64,000 bases of DNA from an uncultured Clostridium sp. (GTDB lineage Bacteria > Bacillota > Clostridia > TANB77 > CAG-508), in contig USFR01000003.1 in assembly GCA_900553945.1 (NCBI GenBank), forward strand, positions 22,568 to 86,567. Direction: 5' to 3'. Shown piece after piece: positions 52,609 through 62,502 of the stretch. Position numbers and translations under genes: made by a program. Below the pieces are notes generated by a model. The model was not told the origin of the DNA and did not search any database. It saw only the letters and a list, made by a program, of their open reading frames with translations. Position 1 is the first letter of the stretch. The number at the start of each line of letters is the position of its first letter.

Positions 52609-52783
52609 GTTAAAGAAAAAATATATTAAATTTTTTCACACCTTGCTGTCGCATTCTTCGATTTTTGAAAATAAAAATATTAAATTTTTATTTTCAATCG
52701 GGTAGAATGCTTCAATCGAACTCGCTTTGCTCGTTTGGTCCCTGCGCGGTGATTCAAAAATTTAATATATTTTTTTCTTTAAA
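52609..52783. mobile_element. MITE-like element, copy B (inverted relative to copy A)
   Basis: TIRs TTAAAGAAAAAATATATTAAATTTTT / AAAAATTTAATATATTTTTTTCTTTAA. Core is the reverse complement of copy A. Confidence 0.6.
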
Positions 52784-52813
52784 TAAAATTATAAAAGATA
52801 GGAGGGAAAGCGT

Positions 52814-53122
52814 ATGGGAGAATACGGAATGATATTTTCATGGCAGGGGGCTGTGATTTATTTGATTGTTATAAATGTGATTGGCTTTTTGGCAATGTGG
52901 ATCGATAAGGTTAAGGCTAAAAGGGGTTCTTGGAGAATACCTGAAAAAACTTTGTTTACTATTACTTTTTTAGGTGGTGGTTTTGGTACAATTGCTGGAA
53001 TGTATACTTTTAGACATAAGACTAAGAAATTGTATTTTACTATAGGTTTCCCTGTTATTTTACTTACTGAAATTTTTATAGTTTTTTATGTTTTGTTTAA
53101 GTATGTTTGGAAAATAGTTTAG
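52814..53122 (+). CDS. DUF1294-like small membrane protein
   Basis: 102 aa. Two TM helices. RBS AGGAGGG. Confidence 0.55.
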   Translation: MGEYGMIFSWQGAVIYLIVINVIGFLAMWIDKVKAKRGSWRIPEKTLFTITFLGGGFGTIAGMYTFRHKTKKLYFTIGFPVILLTEIFIVFYVLFKYVWKIV

Positions 53123-53224
53123 TTGAATTTATATTGTAAATATAAAAAAATTGAATGAAATAAATGTATAAGGACAAAATTGATATTTTAATATTTGCAG
53201 TTATTATAACTTTGTAGAGGATAC

Positions 53225-53290
53225 AATTTTGTTCGTTTATGAAATTTGTAAGGCAGATTTCTGTGTATTGTAGAAATTTTAGAGAATATA
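53225..53290 (-). repeat. Intergenic repeat family copy 3
   Basis: Reverse complement reads TTTCTACAATACACAGAAATCTGCCTTACAAATTTCATAAACGAACAAAATTG. Confidence 0.55.
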
Positions 53291-53303
53291 TATATAAATA
53301 GAA

Positions 53304-53330
53304 GGCAACAGAATCATCTGTTGCCTTTTT
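53304..53330 (+). terminator. rho-independent terminator
   Basis: GGCAACAGAATCATCTGTTGCC hairpin followed by TTTTT. Confidence 0.75.
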
Positions 53331-53383
53331 ACAAGAAAGTCTTGTACTAACCCAAAATAATAACAAATAAATATTTTTGGCTT

Positions 53384-53566
53384 TTACTGCTCAAACATAT
53401 CAAAATATTCCCTGAAGGTTAAACCGTCAGCATCATGGTCAATAACGTAGTGTCCCATCCGTTCGAAAACACTTAAAAAATATTTCCGTTGATGGGTTGA
53501 TTTTAATTCCATAAGTTCGCTTTTTAGTTCATCTCCATAAGTCATATCCCAGTAGCTGTATGACAT
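53384..53566 (-). CDS. Hypothetical small protein
   Basis: 60 aa from ATG 53566 (MSYSYWDMTYGDELK...). Upstream RBS GAGAGGAGG. Confidence 0.45.
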   Translation of the reverse strand: MSYSYWDMTYGDELKSELMELKSTHQRKYFLSVFERMGHYVIDHDADGLTFREYFDMFEQ

Positions 53567-53748
53567 GTGTGTGCCTCCTCTCATATGAAAACGTATGAAA
53601 ATTGATAAGTGTTTTGATAGTTGTATTATAATAGCATTTTCTTAAATAATCAAGATAATCTAAAAAAAATAATGTTGTAACATTGAGTTGTTTAGCAATA
53701 AGTGATATATTAAATAAAACAAAATTTTGCAATTATAGGAGATAAAAA

Positions 53749-55794
53749 TTGGATTTAAATAAAAATGTACAGTTTATAAAGGGTGTAGGAGAGGCGAGAG
53801 CTAAGCTTTTGAATCGTCTTGGAATTTATGAATTAAAAGATTTAATTACGTATTATCCTAGAACATATGAAGATAGAAGTATTCCTAAAAAAATTGAAGA
53901 ACTTGTTGATGGTGAGGAAGCTTTAATTGAAGTAATGCCTGTTACAAGAGTAAGTGAAGTTAGAATTAGAAGAAATATGACGATATTAAAAATGAATGCA
54001 AGAGATGATACAGGTGTGTGCCAAATGACATGGTTTAATCAGTCATATTTAAAAGGAATGTTTAAACCTGGTGAATATTATAAATTTTATGGAAAAGTTT
54101 CTAAAAAGGGGAATAGAGTTGAAATGAATTCGCCTGTTTATGATAAGGCTGAAGATACTAAAAATACAGGCAGAATAATACCAATTTATCCAACAACATT
54201 TAAGCTTTCACAAACAACACTTAGAAAGATTATTGAAAATGGATTAAGTGAAATGAATGGAAAGATTAATGAGAGTCTACCAGAGTATTTAATAGATGAA
54301 TATAAATTGTTGGATTTAAATACAGCTGTTAAACAAATCCATTTTCCAGATAGTTTTGATGATTTTAATTTAGCAAGAAAAAGATTAGTTTTTGAGGAAT
54401 TATTGTCAATGCAACTTGCATTACTTGCTTTGAAAAATCAGTATTCTAAAGATGTTAAAGGAATTGCTTTTGATAAAGATGCTAAGATGTCAGACGTTAT
54501 TAATAAATTACCGTTTTCTTTAACTAAGGCTCAGCTTAGAGTTTTAGAAGAAATTGACTCAGATATGGAAAGAGAAAAGCCAATGAATAGATTGCTTCAA
54601 GGGGATGTTGGTTCAGGTAAAACCGTTGTAGCATTAATTGCTGCGTATAAGTGTGTTAAAAGTGGATATCAAGCTGCCATAATGGCGCCAACTGCGATTT
54701 TAGCTAGTCAGCATTTGGAGAGTTTTTCAGAAATTTTAAAAGATACTGGTATTAGATGTGAGTTGCTTATTAGTGGAATTACAAAAAAGAAAAAAGAAGA
54801 TATTTTAAGAAGGCTAGAAGCGGGAGAAATAGATATTTTAATTGGTACTCATGCGTTGTTAGAAGAAAATGTTGTGTTTAAAAATTTAGGTCTAGTTGTT
54901 ACAGATGAACAGCATAGATTTGGAGTAAGACAAAGAAGTATAATTACGCAAAAAGGTGATAATCCAGATGTTTTAGTTATGACTGCAACTCCAATTCCAA
55001 GAACTTTAGCTTTGATTTTGTATGGCGATTTGGATATTTCGATTATTGATGAGTTACCTCCTAATAGAAAGAAAATTGAAACATATGCTGTTACTAAAGG
55101 AATGGATCAGAGAGTTAATAATTTCTTAAAGCAACAGATTGATCAAGGAAGGCAAGCATATATTGTTTGTCCTCTTGTAGAAGAAAATGAAGAAATTAAT
55201 GCAAAGTCTGTTATGGAACTTGCGGAACATTATAAGAATGAAGTTTTTTCAGATTATAGAGTAGAGTATTTGCATGGAAAAATGAAGCCAAAAGAGAAAG
55301 ATGCAATAATGGAAGAATTTAAAAATGGGAATATTGATATTCTAATTTCTACTACTGTTATTGAGGTCGGTGTTAATGTTCCTAATAGTAATATTATGGT
55401 TGTTGAAAATGCTGAAAGATTTGGATTGGCACAGCTTCATCAGTTGAGAGGAAGAGTTGGAAGAGGTGAATATCAATCATATTGTATACTAAAATATAAT
55501 GGAAATTCACAAGTAATAAGAGAGCGTATGAAGGTTATGACTTCAACTAATGATGGATTTGTTATTTCAGAAAAAGACTTGGAACTTCGTGGTACTGGTG
55601 AATTTTTTGGAACAAAGCAACATGGTTTACCTGAATTTAAAATAGCAAATTTATTTGAAGATATTGGAACGCTTAAGGCTGTTCAAGCGATTGCAATTAA
55701 AATTATTAATGATGATCCAAAGCTTGAAAAAGATAAAAATAAATTACTTAAAAAGGTAGTTGATGAAAAATTTGGTAGTAGAATAGAAATATAA
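53749..55794 (+). CDS. recG: ATP-dependent DNA helicase RecG
   Basis: 681 aa. Wedge domain, Walker A GDVGSGKT, DEQH box, helicase C motifs (QLRGRVGRG). TTG start. Confidence 0.9.
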   Translation: MDLNKNVQFIKGVGEARAKLLNRLGIYELKDLITYYPRTYEDRSIPKKIEELVDGEEALIEVMPVTRVSEVRIRRNMTILKMNARDDTGVCQMTWFNQSYLKGMFKPGEYYKFYGKVSKKGNRVEMNSPVYDKAEDTKNTGRIIPIYPTTFKLSQTTLRKIIENGLSEMNGKINESLPEYLIDEYKLLDLNTAVKQIHFPDSFDDFNLARKRLVFEELLSMQLALLALKNQYSKDVKGIAFDKDAKMSDVINKLPFSLTKAQLRVLEEIDSDMEREKPMNRLLQGDVGSGKTVVALIAAYKCVKSGYQAAIMAPTAILASQHLESFSEILKDTGIRCELLISGITKKKKEDILRRLEAGEIDILIGTHALLEENVVFKNLGLVVTDEQHRFGVRQRSIITQKGDNPDVLVMTATPIPRTLALILYGDLDISIIDELPPNRKKIETYAVTKGMDQRVNNFLKQQIDQGRQAYIVCPLVEENEEINAKSVMELAEHYKNEVFSDYRVEYLHGKMKPKEKDAIMEEFKNGNIDILISTTVIEVGVNVPNSNIMVVENAERFGLAQLHQLRGRVGRGEYQSYCILKYNGNSQVIRERMKVMTSTNDGFVISEKDLELRGTGEFFGTKQHGLPEFKIANLFEDIGTLKAVQAIAIKIINDDPKLEKDKNKLLKKVVDEKFGSRIEI

Positions 55795-55926
55795 ATTGTC
55801 GAAAATTGCGATGAAATCAATAATTACAAACTTGCAATGCAAACAAAAAGATGGTATAATATTATTGTTAACATAATTATAAAACACCAGGCAGATGTGC
55901 CTAAGAGAAAGCAAGAGGTAATTAAT

Positions 55927-56598
55927 ATGCAGAAAGAAACAAGAAAATTAAAAGTAACTTTTGACCGTGAACGTTTACATTCAGCCATTGTTTTAGCTAT
56001 GAGACGTCGGAAAATTCCAAAGAATATGATAGGATATGATCTTATCAGAGGAATTGTATTTGGTATGATTGATCATCCAGAGTACTCTTTTGATGATGCT
56101 GTAACAAAGGCTGTTGATGTATGCAAGTTACCTGGATCACCTGAAACTGTTGAAGACGGAATTGAGCAGGCTTATGAATGTGCTGAAGTCGTTATCAGAG
56201 AAAGGGATTTGTATGTTCCAGGAACAAATGTTATGGTTTCAGAAAAGGAGCTTGTTGAGAAGATGGTGAATGCTATGATTTATGACATTTACAAAGATTA
56301 CTGCTATAACCAGACGGTAGCATATATCAGAAAACTTGCTCTGAAGGATGAAATTAGAACGGAAATCATCAAAAACATGTTGTTTAAAAAGCTTGTTGCT
56401 GATGATTCCACACAGCAGTGCATTTATGAGTATGCGTTTAAAAAGTCTTTCGTTTGGTCAGCTAGCGAGCCGATTACAGATGAAGAGATTATGCAGAAAG
56501 TTGATGATGTATTAGGAACTATTCCTGGAGGATTCACACCGTATGAATATGTCATGAAGATTGCAGATGAAATTTATGCGGAGAATGCTACAGAGTAA
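55927..56598 (+). CDS. Hypothetical protein, higher GC than surroundings
   Basis: About 224 aa from ATG 55927. A longer ORF from 55837 is also possible. About 40% GC versus ~28% for flanking sequence. Followed by a strong terminator. Confidence 0.5.
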   Translation: MQKETRKLKVTFDRERLHSAIVLAMRRRKIPKNMIGYDLIRGIVFGMIDHPEYSFDDAVTKAVDVCKLPGSPETVEDGIEQAYECAEVVIRERDLYVPGTNVMVSEKELVEKMVNAMIYDIYKDYCYNQTVAYIRKLALKDEIRTEIIKNMLFKKLVADDSTQQCIYEYAFKKSFVWSASEPITDEEIMQKVDDVLGTIPGGFTPYEYVMKIADEIYAENATE

Positions 56599-56623
56599 AA
56601 GAAAAGTTACATAGTTTTCTGAG

Positions 56624-56658
56624 AAGCACCTATCACTATTGTGGTAGGTGCTTTTCTT
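56624..56658 (+). terminator. rho-independent terminator
   Basis: AGCACCTATCACTATTGTGGTAGGTGCT followed by TTTTCTT. Confidence 0.75.
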
Positions 56659-56737
56659 GATATTTGTTTGGTCATTGACTTTTGAAAATGAAATAGGTAT
56701 AATGCTAATATAATTTAAGTAAAAAAGGATGTAGAAA

Positions 56738-56926
56738 ATGGATTTATTTTTAAGAATGTTAGGTGCAGTATTTGTTTTTATAGGAGTAATTTTAATATAT
56801 GATGCAAGACCAATTACTAAAAAGTTTTTTAGCTTTGGAGATCAAAATGAAGGCGCACTTGGGCTTAAGATGTTCGGATTTATTTTTACTGTTATAGGAG
56901 GAGTTCTATTATTATTTTATTTGTAA
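56738..56926 (+). CDS. Hypothetical 62-aa two-TM membrane peptide
   Basis: RBS AAAGGATG. Two hydrophobic helices. Confidence 0.45.
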   Translation: MDLFLRMLGAVFVFIGVILIYDARPITKKFFSFGDQNEGALGLKMFGFIFTVIGGVLLLFYL

Positions 56927-57041
56927 TAATAGATTAATATATTAACTATAATAAAAGGACAGGAAAAATATTTCTTGTTCTTTTTATCATTTATATAGAA
57001 AAATTTAAAACTTTATAAAAGGTTATGGAAGGAGAATGTTT

Positions 57042-58685
57042 ATGAGAATTACTTATGAGGAAAAGGTTTTTGAATCAAATAAGCCTGTAAAAGTTAATGA
57101 ACTTTTAAAAAATGATATTAATGACAAGCATATGGCTTGTATTGTAAATAATCAGGTTCATGCGCTTGATTATGAAATAAGAGAAGATGCAGAAGTTATA
57201 TTACTAGATCCAAGTTCAAAAGAAGGAAGAAGTGTATATATTAGAGGAATTATGTATATAATGGGTAAAGCTTTTCATGATATTTATCCAACAGCATGGC
57301 TTACAGTTAATTATCAATTACACAATTCAATGTTTTGTCAATTAGATAATATGGATTTAACTGAAGAAATGATACAAAAAGTTAAAAAGAGAATGCAAGA
57401 AATTATAGATGCTAAGTTGCCAATTACTAAAACAGTTATGACATTGGATGAAGCTAAGGCTTTTTATGCACATAGCAAAAATGCTAATGGAAGATTTCAG
57501 GTAAATACTCATACTAAAGAAGTTTCATTATATTTTTGTGAAGATTATTACAACTATTTATATGGACCAATGCCGTTACATACAGGTATGACACCATATT
57601 TTGATATTGAATTATATAAAGATGGATATTTAGTTCGTTATCCAGATAAAAAGAAACCTTATGAAATGGGTGAGTATGTTGAAACTAAAAAATTACTTGC
57701 TACATTTGATGAGTATGAAGATATTTATAGATTATTAAATGTTCATACTGTTCATAAATTAAATCAAAAAGTTGAAGATGGTACAATAAATGATTTCATT
57801 TTACTTTCTGAAGCTTTGCATGAGAAGAAAATATCAATATTAGCAGATAAAATTTGTAGAAGAAAAAATGTAAAAATGGTTTTAATTGCAGGTCCTTCTT
57901 CTTCAGGAAAAACGACGTTTGCTAGAAAATTATCATTAGCATTAAGATTAAATGGTTTAACTCCAGTTACAATTTCTGTTGATAATTATTTTGTGGAAAG
58001 ATCAGATACTCCAAAAGATGAATTCGGAAATTATGATTTTGAATGTATTGAGGCTATTGATCTTGATTTGTTTAATGATCATTTAGTTAAGTTGTTAAAT
58101 GGTGAAACTATCGAAGTTCCTAAGTTTGATTTTAAAGTAGGAACTAAGAGATATGATGGAACTACAATGTCACTTGGTAAAAATGATATTTTAGTAATTG
58201 AAGGTATTCATTGTTTAAATGATAGATTAACAAAGGCGATTCCAAAAGATGAAAAAGTTAAGATTTATATCAGCGATTTAACTGTTTTAAATATTGATTA
58301 TTTCAACAGAATTTCTACTACAGATACACGTTTGATTAGAAGAATTGTTAGAGATTATAAATTTAGAGGATATGATGCTTTAAATACTTTGAAGAGTTGG
58401 TATTCTGTAAATAGAGGTGAGGAGAAGAATATTTATCCATATCAAGAAGAAGCAGATTATATGTTTAATTCTTCACTTATTTATGAACTTGCTGTTCAGA
58501 AAAAATATGCAATTCCTTTATTAAAAGAAATTGATAGAAGTCATAAGGAATATGGGGAAGCTCAAAGATTAATTGAATTTTTGGAGTATTTTGATGATAT
58601 TCCAGATGATGATATTCCAAATACTTCACTATTAAGAGAGTTTATTGGTGGCAGTATTTATCATAAGGAGACGAAAAAGAAATAA
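57042..58685 (+). CDS. Uridine kinase/phosphoribulokinase-family nucleoside kinase with N-terminal ThrRS-like (TGS-like) extension
   Basis: P-loop LIAGPSSSGKTTFARKL in the C-terminal PRK/Udk-like domain. About 280-aa N-terminal extension. ATG at 57042 after RBS GGAAGGAG. The ORF track begins at an in-frame ATG at 57036. Confidence 0.7.
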   Translation: MRITYEEKVFESNKPVKVNELLKNDINDKHMACIVNNQVHALDYEIREDAEVILLDPSSKEGRSVYIRGIMYIMGKAFHDIYPTAWLTVNYQLHNSMFCQLDNMDLTEEMIQKVKKRMQEIIDAKLPITKTVMTLDEAKAFYAHSKNANGRFQVNTHTKEVSLYFCEDYYNYLYGPMPLHTGMTPYFDIELYKDGYLVRYPDKKKPYEMGEYVETKKLLATFDEYEDIYRLLNVHTVHKLNQKVEDGTINDFILLSEALHEKKISILADKICRRKNVKMVLIAGPSSSGKTTFARKLSLALRLNGLTPVTISVDNYFVERSDTPKDEFGNYDFECIEAIDLDLFNDHLVKLLNGETIEVPKFDFKVGTKRYDGTTMSLGKNDILVIEGIHCLNDRLTKAIPKDEKVKIYISDLTVLNIDYFNRISTTDTRLIRRIVRDYKFRGYDALNTLKSWYSVNRGEEKNIYPYQEEADYMFNSSLIYELAVQKKYAIPLLKEIDRSHKEYGEAQRLIEFLEYFDDIPDDDIPNTSLLREFIGGSIYHKETKKK

Positions 58686-58990
58686 TGGCTAATTTTGTTG
58701 TTATAGATGAAGAATTTATTTGTGAAAATTGTGGATTTCATGTTCCTAAATTAGGGTATTCTTGTAGAAATCACTGTCCTAAATGTTTACACTCAAAACA
58801 TGTTGATATTAATCCTGGAGATAGAGAAGAGACTTGCCATGGGGACTTAGAGCCTGTTGGGTTGGAAATTGGAAAAAAAGGATATGTGATAGTGTTTAGA
58901 TGTAAGAAATGTGGAGCAATACGAAAAAACAAGGTAGCAGATGATGATGATATGAATTTACTTATAGAATTGAGTACAAAACAATATTAA
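58685..58990 (+). CDS. RNHCP-domain zinc-ribbon protein
   Basis: 101 aa. Literal CRNHCPKC motif plus additional CxxC pairs. Start overlaps the upstream stop (ATAATGG), so it is translationally coupled. Confidence 0.7.
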   Translation: MANFVVIDEEFICENCGFHVPKLGYSCRNHCPKCLHSKHVDINPGDREETCHGDLEPVGLEIGKKGYVIVFRCKKCGAIRKNKVADDDDMNLLIELSTKQY

Positions 58991-59088
58991 TGCAAATACT
59001 ATATTTTGGTAAAAAACACGAAAAGTATTGAAAAATCATGAAAAAGATGATAGAATAATTGTTACACAAAATATAGGAGGTGCTTTTT

Positions 59089-59592
59089 ATGAAAAGAGAA
59101 CGGAAGAAACTGAGGGTGCAACTTGTTGATGAAGATATGATTCTGCTAAAAGTGCCGGATAAAGGTATTGTTGAATGGAAAATTCTTCAGGTTTCAAAGG
59201 ACTTTGTTGAGTTTGAGTATGCTCTTGATGATGTAATCTTTCGTCCCGGTGAATGGAACGAATGCAGACGCGAGCATATAAGACACTATGTTCTGGATCC
59301 AAAGAAGCAGAAAATTTGGCGTGCAACTGTTGCTTATACAAGTGCATTGATCGATTTGAAGGCAAAGAGACCATTTGTATTTTCTTCGCATGGAAAGTTG
59401 ATGCCGATTGAGATTTCAGCGGCTGAACTTGGAGATTACATGTGCTGTGGAGATCCTTCAAAGGATATTGAACCAAAGTTCTATCAGTTAAGAGGCTTTA
59501 ATTTCAACCGGTTACCTATGCAGAATATTCGACCAATCGGATTTTTCGCAGAAAGCGGTAAAACCTACGAGCTCAAGGTAGTTGAGCTGTAA
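59089..59592 (+). CDS. Hypothetical protein, higher GC than surroundings
   Basis: 167 aa from ATG 59089 after RBS TAGGAGG. About 42% GC. Confidence 0.5.
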   Translation: MKRERKKLRVQLVDEDMILLKVPDKGIVEWKILQVSKDFVEFEYALDDVIFRPGEWNECRREHIRHYVLDPKKQKIWRATVAYTSALIDLKAKRPFVFSSHGKLMPIEISAAELGDYMCCGDPSKDIEPKFYQLRGFNFNRLPMQNIRPIGFFAESGKTYELKVVEL

Positions 59593-59715
59593 CAATGTGT
59601 AATAACAAAAAGCGGATGTGGTATATTTACTGCACCGCTTTTTGTAAGATAAGATATTTGAAAATGTAGAGTATAGAAATTTGATTAAAAAATTGTATTT
59701 AAACATAGAGATAGA

Positions 59716-59766
59716 AAAACAAGTTACTTTAAAATATTTTGTTTTTAAAGTAACTTGTTTTTTTAT
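59716..59766. terminator. Bidirectional rho-independent terminator
   Basis: AAAAACAAGTTACTTTAAAA...TTTTAAAGTAACTTGTTTTTTT between convergent genes. Confidence 0.8.
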
Positions 59767-62180
59767 ATTTCTCTATTTAAATTTGCATTTGTGTATTGAG
59801 TTCCTTTTAATTTTTCACCTTTATTAACTGTGTCGATTATTTGTTGTATTTCGGAAATATTTTCTTCTAAAATATCTATTCGAAGAGAAGTAATATTTTC
59901 GAAGTCATTTGGTGCAATTGATGTAATTTTTGAATTGTATAATGTAGATACAGTTTGTATGTTGTCTGGTTCGATTGGAAATTTTAAATTTAATCTATCT
60001 TTTAAATAATAGTTATTATTTGTGTTGCATTTCATTGTACATTCTGGATAACATCTATTGCTTTTTCCAAGTGGACAATAATTCATATTCATTAATGGTG
60101 TTCTACCATAGCAAATTAATTCTTGATTTGATATTTCTAAAAATTTATCTATGGTGCTTTTATCTAGTTCTGGTGAAATTGTGAATTTATTTATTCCTAG
60201 TTTATCAAGTTCAGCTAATGTGCGTTGATTAAAAATGTTAAATGTGTAGTTTGCAATAAATTCAAAGTTTTCTGTATTAAAATCTTTTAAAAACTTGAAG
60301 TTTGATATATTTGAAAGAATAAATCCTTTGATATTGTATGTATTGATAGTTTTTTCTATATTGGCTGCAAGTAGATTTCTATAGTTAGATTTTATTATAG
60401 TAGGTAAATAAATGTATAAATTAAATTTATTACTTAGGTCATTTATTATTTGTTCATATTTCTTTTGAGTAAAGAACTTTAATGGAATATATATGTTATT
60501 TATTCCTTGTAAGCTTGTATAATCTTCGTTTAAATTGATTTTATTTAATAGTAAAGATATTGATTTTTCTTGATTTGTTTTATTATAGTAGTTCATATTT
60601 TCAAATTCTTTATTTGTTGCTCTTTGAATTTTACTTTTTGCAAAGTCTTCAACTAGTGTAAGGGCAGTTCTTCTTAATTCATTTAATGCTTTTATGTTTG
60701 GTAAGAATGTGTTTTCGTCTAATTTTATTTTAATATTTTTAAAGTAATAAGGTGTGTTATTTGTTTTTGTAATTTGTGATATTACTTTTTCTTTTTCTAG
60801 AGGATGTTTTATTGAGTCTGTTGGAATTGCATCAATTTCACAATAGATATCTAACTTCCTATATATTTCTAAATCACAAGCAGAACTTACATGTATTGAA
60901 ATTGGTGAGTTTTTTACAATTTTTATTTCACAGTTAAGAGGTATTTTTTTAGTTTGAATGTCATTTTCAAAAGAAGAGTAGGCAAGAGTGGTTAATTGCT
61001 TTGATGACATTTTATATATTTTATCTCCAACTTTAATATTTCCTTTCATTCTGCCAATAGTTACGAAATCGTTTGGATTAGCTGTTTTTATATTGGTATT
61101 TTTAGTCATTAATTCAGAGATTGTGTATGTTCCGGTTTCTTTTTCTAGAGCGATTGTATCTCCGATTTCGATTGGTTCGTTTAGGTTAAGTGTGATTAAA
61201 CCTTTTGATGGATTATATTTTGCAACATGCCCTAAAAATAATCCCATATTATTAGGCTTTTCAGAGAATATTAAATTCTTATTTGCGTGAGGATTTAGAT
61301 GTCCTGATGAGAAGTTGCCTCTGTTAAATACTTGCATTAAATTTTTTCTGTCTTGTTCATTTATTTTATATGGTTTATTTGATTTAGCTAAATTGATATA
61401 TTTTCTATAAATTCTTGTAACTGTTGCAACGTATTCAGGTGATTTCATTCTTCCTTCAATTTTTAGCGATTTTACGCCACAGTTTATTAGTCTTGGTAGG
61501 TAGTCTAGTGAGCATAAATCCCTTGGACTTAATAAGTAGCCTTTATCTAAAGTTGTTTTTTCATTTTCTATAAGTTCATATGGAAGTCTACAACTCTGCG
61601 CACATTTTCCACGGTTTCCTGAACGTCCACCAATCATACTAGAAAATAAACATTGACCAGAATATGAAATGCAAAGAGCACCATGAATAAAACATTCTAT
61701 TTCAATGTTTGAATTTTCACAAATATATTCAATTTCTTCAATTGATAATTCACGGGATAGAACAACTCTTGAAAAACCAAGTTCTTGTAATTCTAAAACT
61801 CCTTGAAGATTATGTACAGACATTTGTGTGCTAGCATGAATAGGTAGGTCTGGAAAGTTTTTGATAAGCATTTTGGCTAGACCTAAATCTTGAACTATTA
61901 TTGCATCTATGCCAGATTCATATGCTTTTTTCGCAACATTAAATGCTGATTCTAGTTCATTATCTTTTATTAATATATTTAGTGTTAAATTTGTTTTAAC
62001 ACCTCTAATTTTACAATATTCGATAGCTTTTGCGAGTTCATCATCATCAAAATTGTTTGCATATGCACGAGCACTAAATAAATTTGCTCCAAAATATATG
62101 CAGTTTGCTCCGTTTTGTACTGCAGCTTTAAGACATTCAAAATCACCAGCTGGTGACAAAAGTTCTATTTGTGATTCCAT
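59763..62180 (-). CDS. U32 family peptidase (collagenase-like), long form
   Basis: 805 aa. N-terminal U32 TIM-barrel signature (LLSPAGD...GADAIIVQD...E.F.HGALC.SYSGQC). Long C-terminal extension. Confidence 0.85.
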   Translation of the reverse strand: MESQIELLSPAGDFECLKAAVQNGANCIYFGANLFSARAYANNFDDDELAKAIEYCKIRGVKTNLTLNILIKDNELESAFNVAKKAYESGIDAIIVQDLGLAKMLIKNFPDLPIHASTQMSVHNLQGVLELQELGFSRVVLSRELSIEEIEYICENSNIEIECFIHGALCISYSGQCLFSSMIGGRSGNRGKCAQSCRLPYELIENEKTTLDKGYLLSPRDLCSLDYLPRLINCGVKSLKIEGRMKSPEYVATVTRIYRKYINLAKSNKPYKINEQDRKNLMQVFNRGNFSSGHLNPHANKNLIFSEKPNNMGLFLGHVAKYNPSKGLITLNLNEPIEIGDTIALEKETGTYTISELMTKNTNIKTANPNDFVTIGRMKGNIKVGDKIYKMSSKQLTTLAYSSFENDIQTKKIPLNCEIKIVKNSPISIHVSSACDLEIYRKLDIYCEIDAIPTDSIKHPLEKEKVISQITKTNNTPYYFKNIKIKLDENTFLPNIKALNELRRTALTLVEDFAKSKIQRATNKEFENMNYYNKTNQEKSISLLLNKINLNEDYTSLQGINNIYIPLKFFTQKKYEQIINDLSNKFNLYIYLPTIIKSNYRNLLAANIEKTINTYNIKGFILSNISNFKFLKDFNTENFEFIANYTFNIFNQRTLAELDKLGINKFTISPELDKSTIDKFLEISNQELICYGRTPLMNMNYCPLGKSNRCYPECTMKCNTNNNYYLKDRLNLKFPIEPDNIQTVSTLYNSKITSIAPNDFENITSLRIDILEENISEIQQIIDTVNKGEKLKGTQYTNANLNREI

Positions 62181-62244
62181 ATTTTTTCCTCTTTCATTTT
62201 TATAAGAACAAAAACGGACTATTTATAACGTTTGAACTGATTAT

Positions 62245-62330
62245 AACATTTTTAAGTTCGCGTCTTTGTTCGTGCGCGAAATTTGCAAAGCAAATTTCTG
62301 TGCATTGTTAATTTTATATAATAGGAAGTT
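62245..62330 (-). repeat. Intergenic repeat family copy 4
   Basis: Reverse complement reads TTCCTATTATATAAAATTAACAATGCACAGAAATTTGCTTTGCAAATTTCGCGCACGAACAAAGACGCGAAC. Confidence 0.6.
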
Positions 62331-62430
62331 CGTAGAACTTTCCAATGATATAAAATAATTATATCATAAAAAAACTTTTAGTATAGAGGAGAAACTTGAA
62401 AAATGTAACAAAAATAACATATTTATTTTA

Positions 62431-62459
62431 TTGACTAAAAAATATGTATAATATATACT
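62431..62459 (+). promoter_or_regulatory. Sigma-A-type promoter candidate
   Basis: TTGACT, 17-nt spacer, TATACT. Located ~45 nt upstream of the ATG at 62503. Confidence 0.4.
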
Positions 62460-62502
62460 AATTTTGAATAAAAATGCCGTATTTTGCGGTGAGGAGGAGC
62501 AA

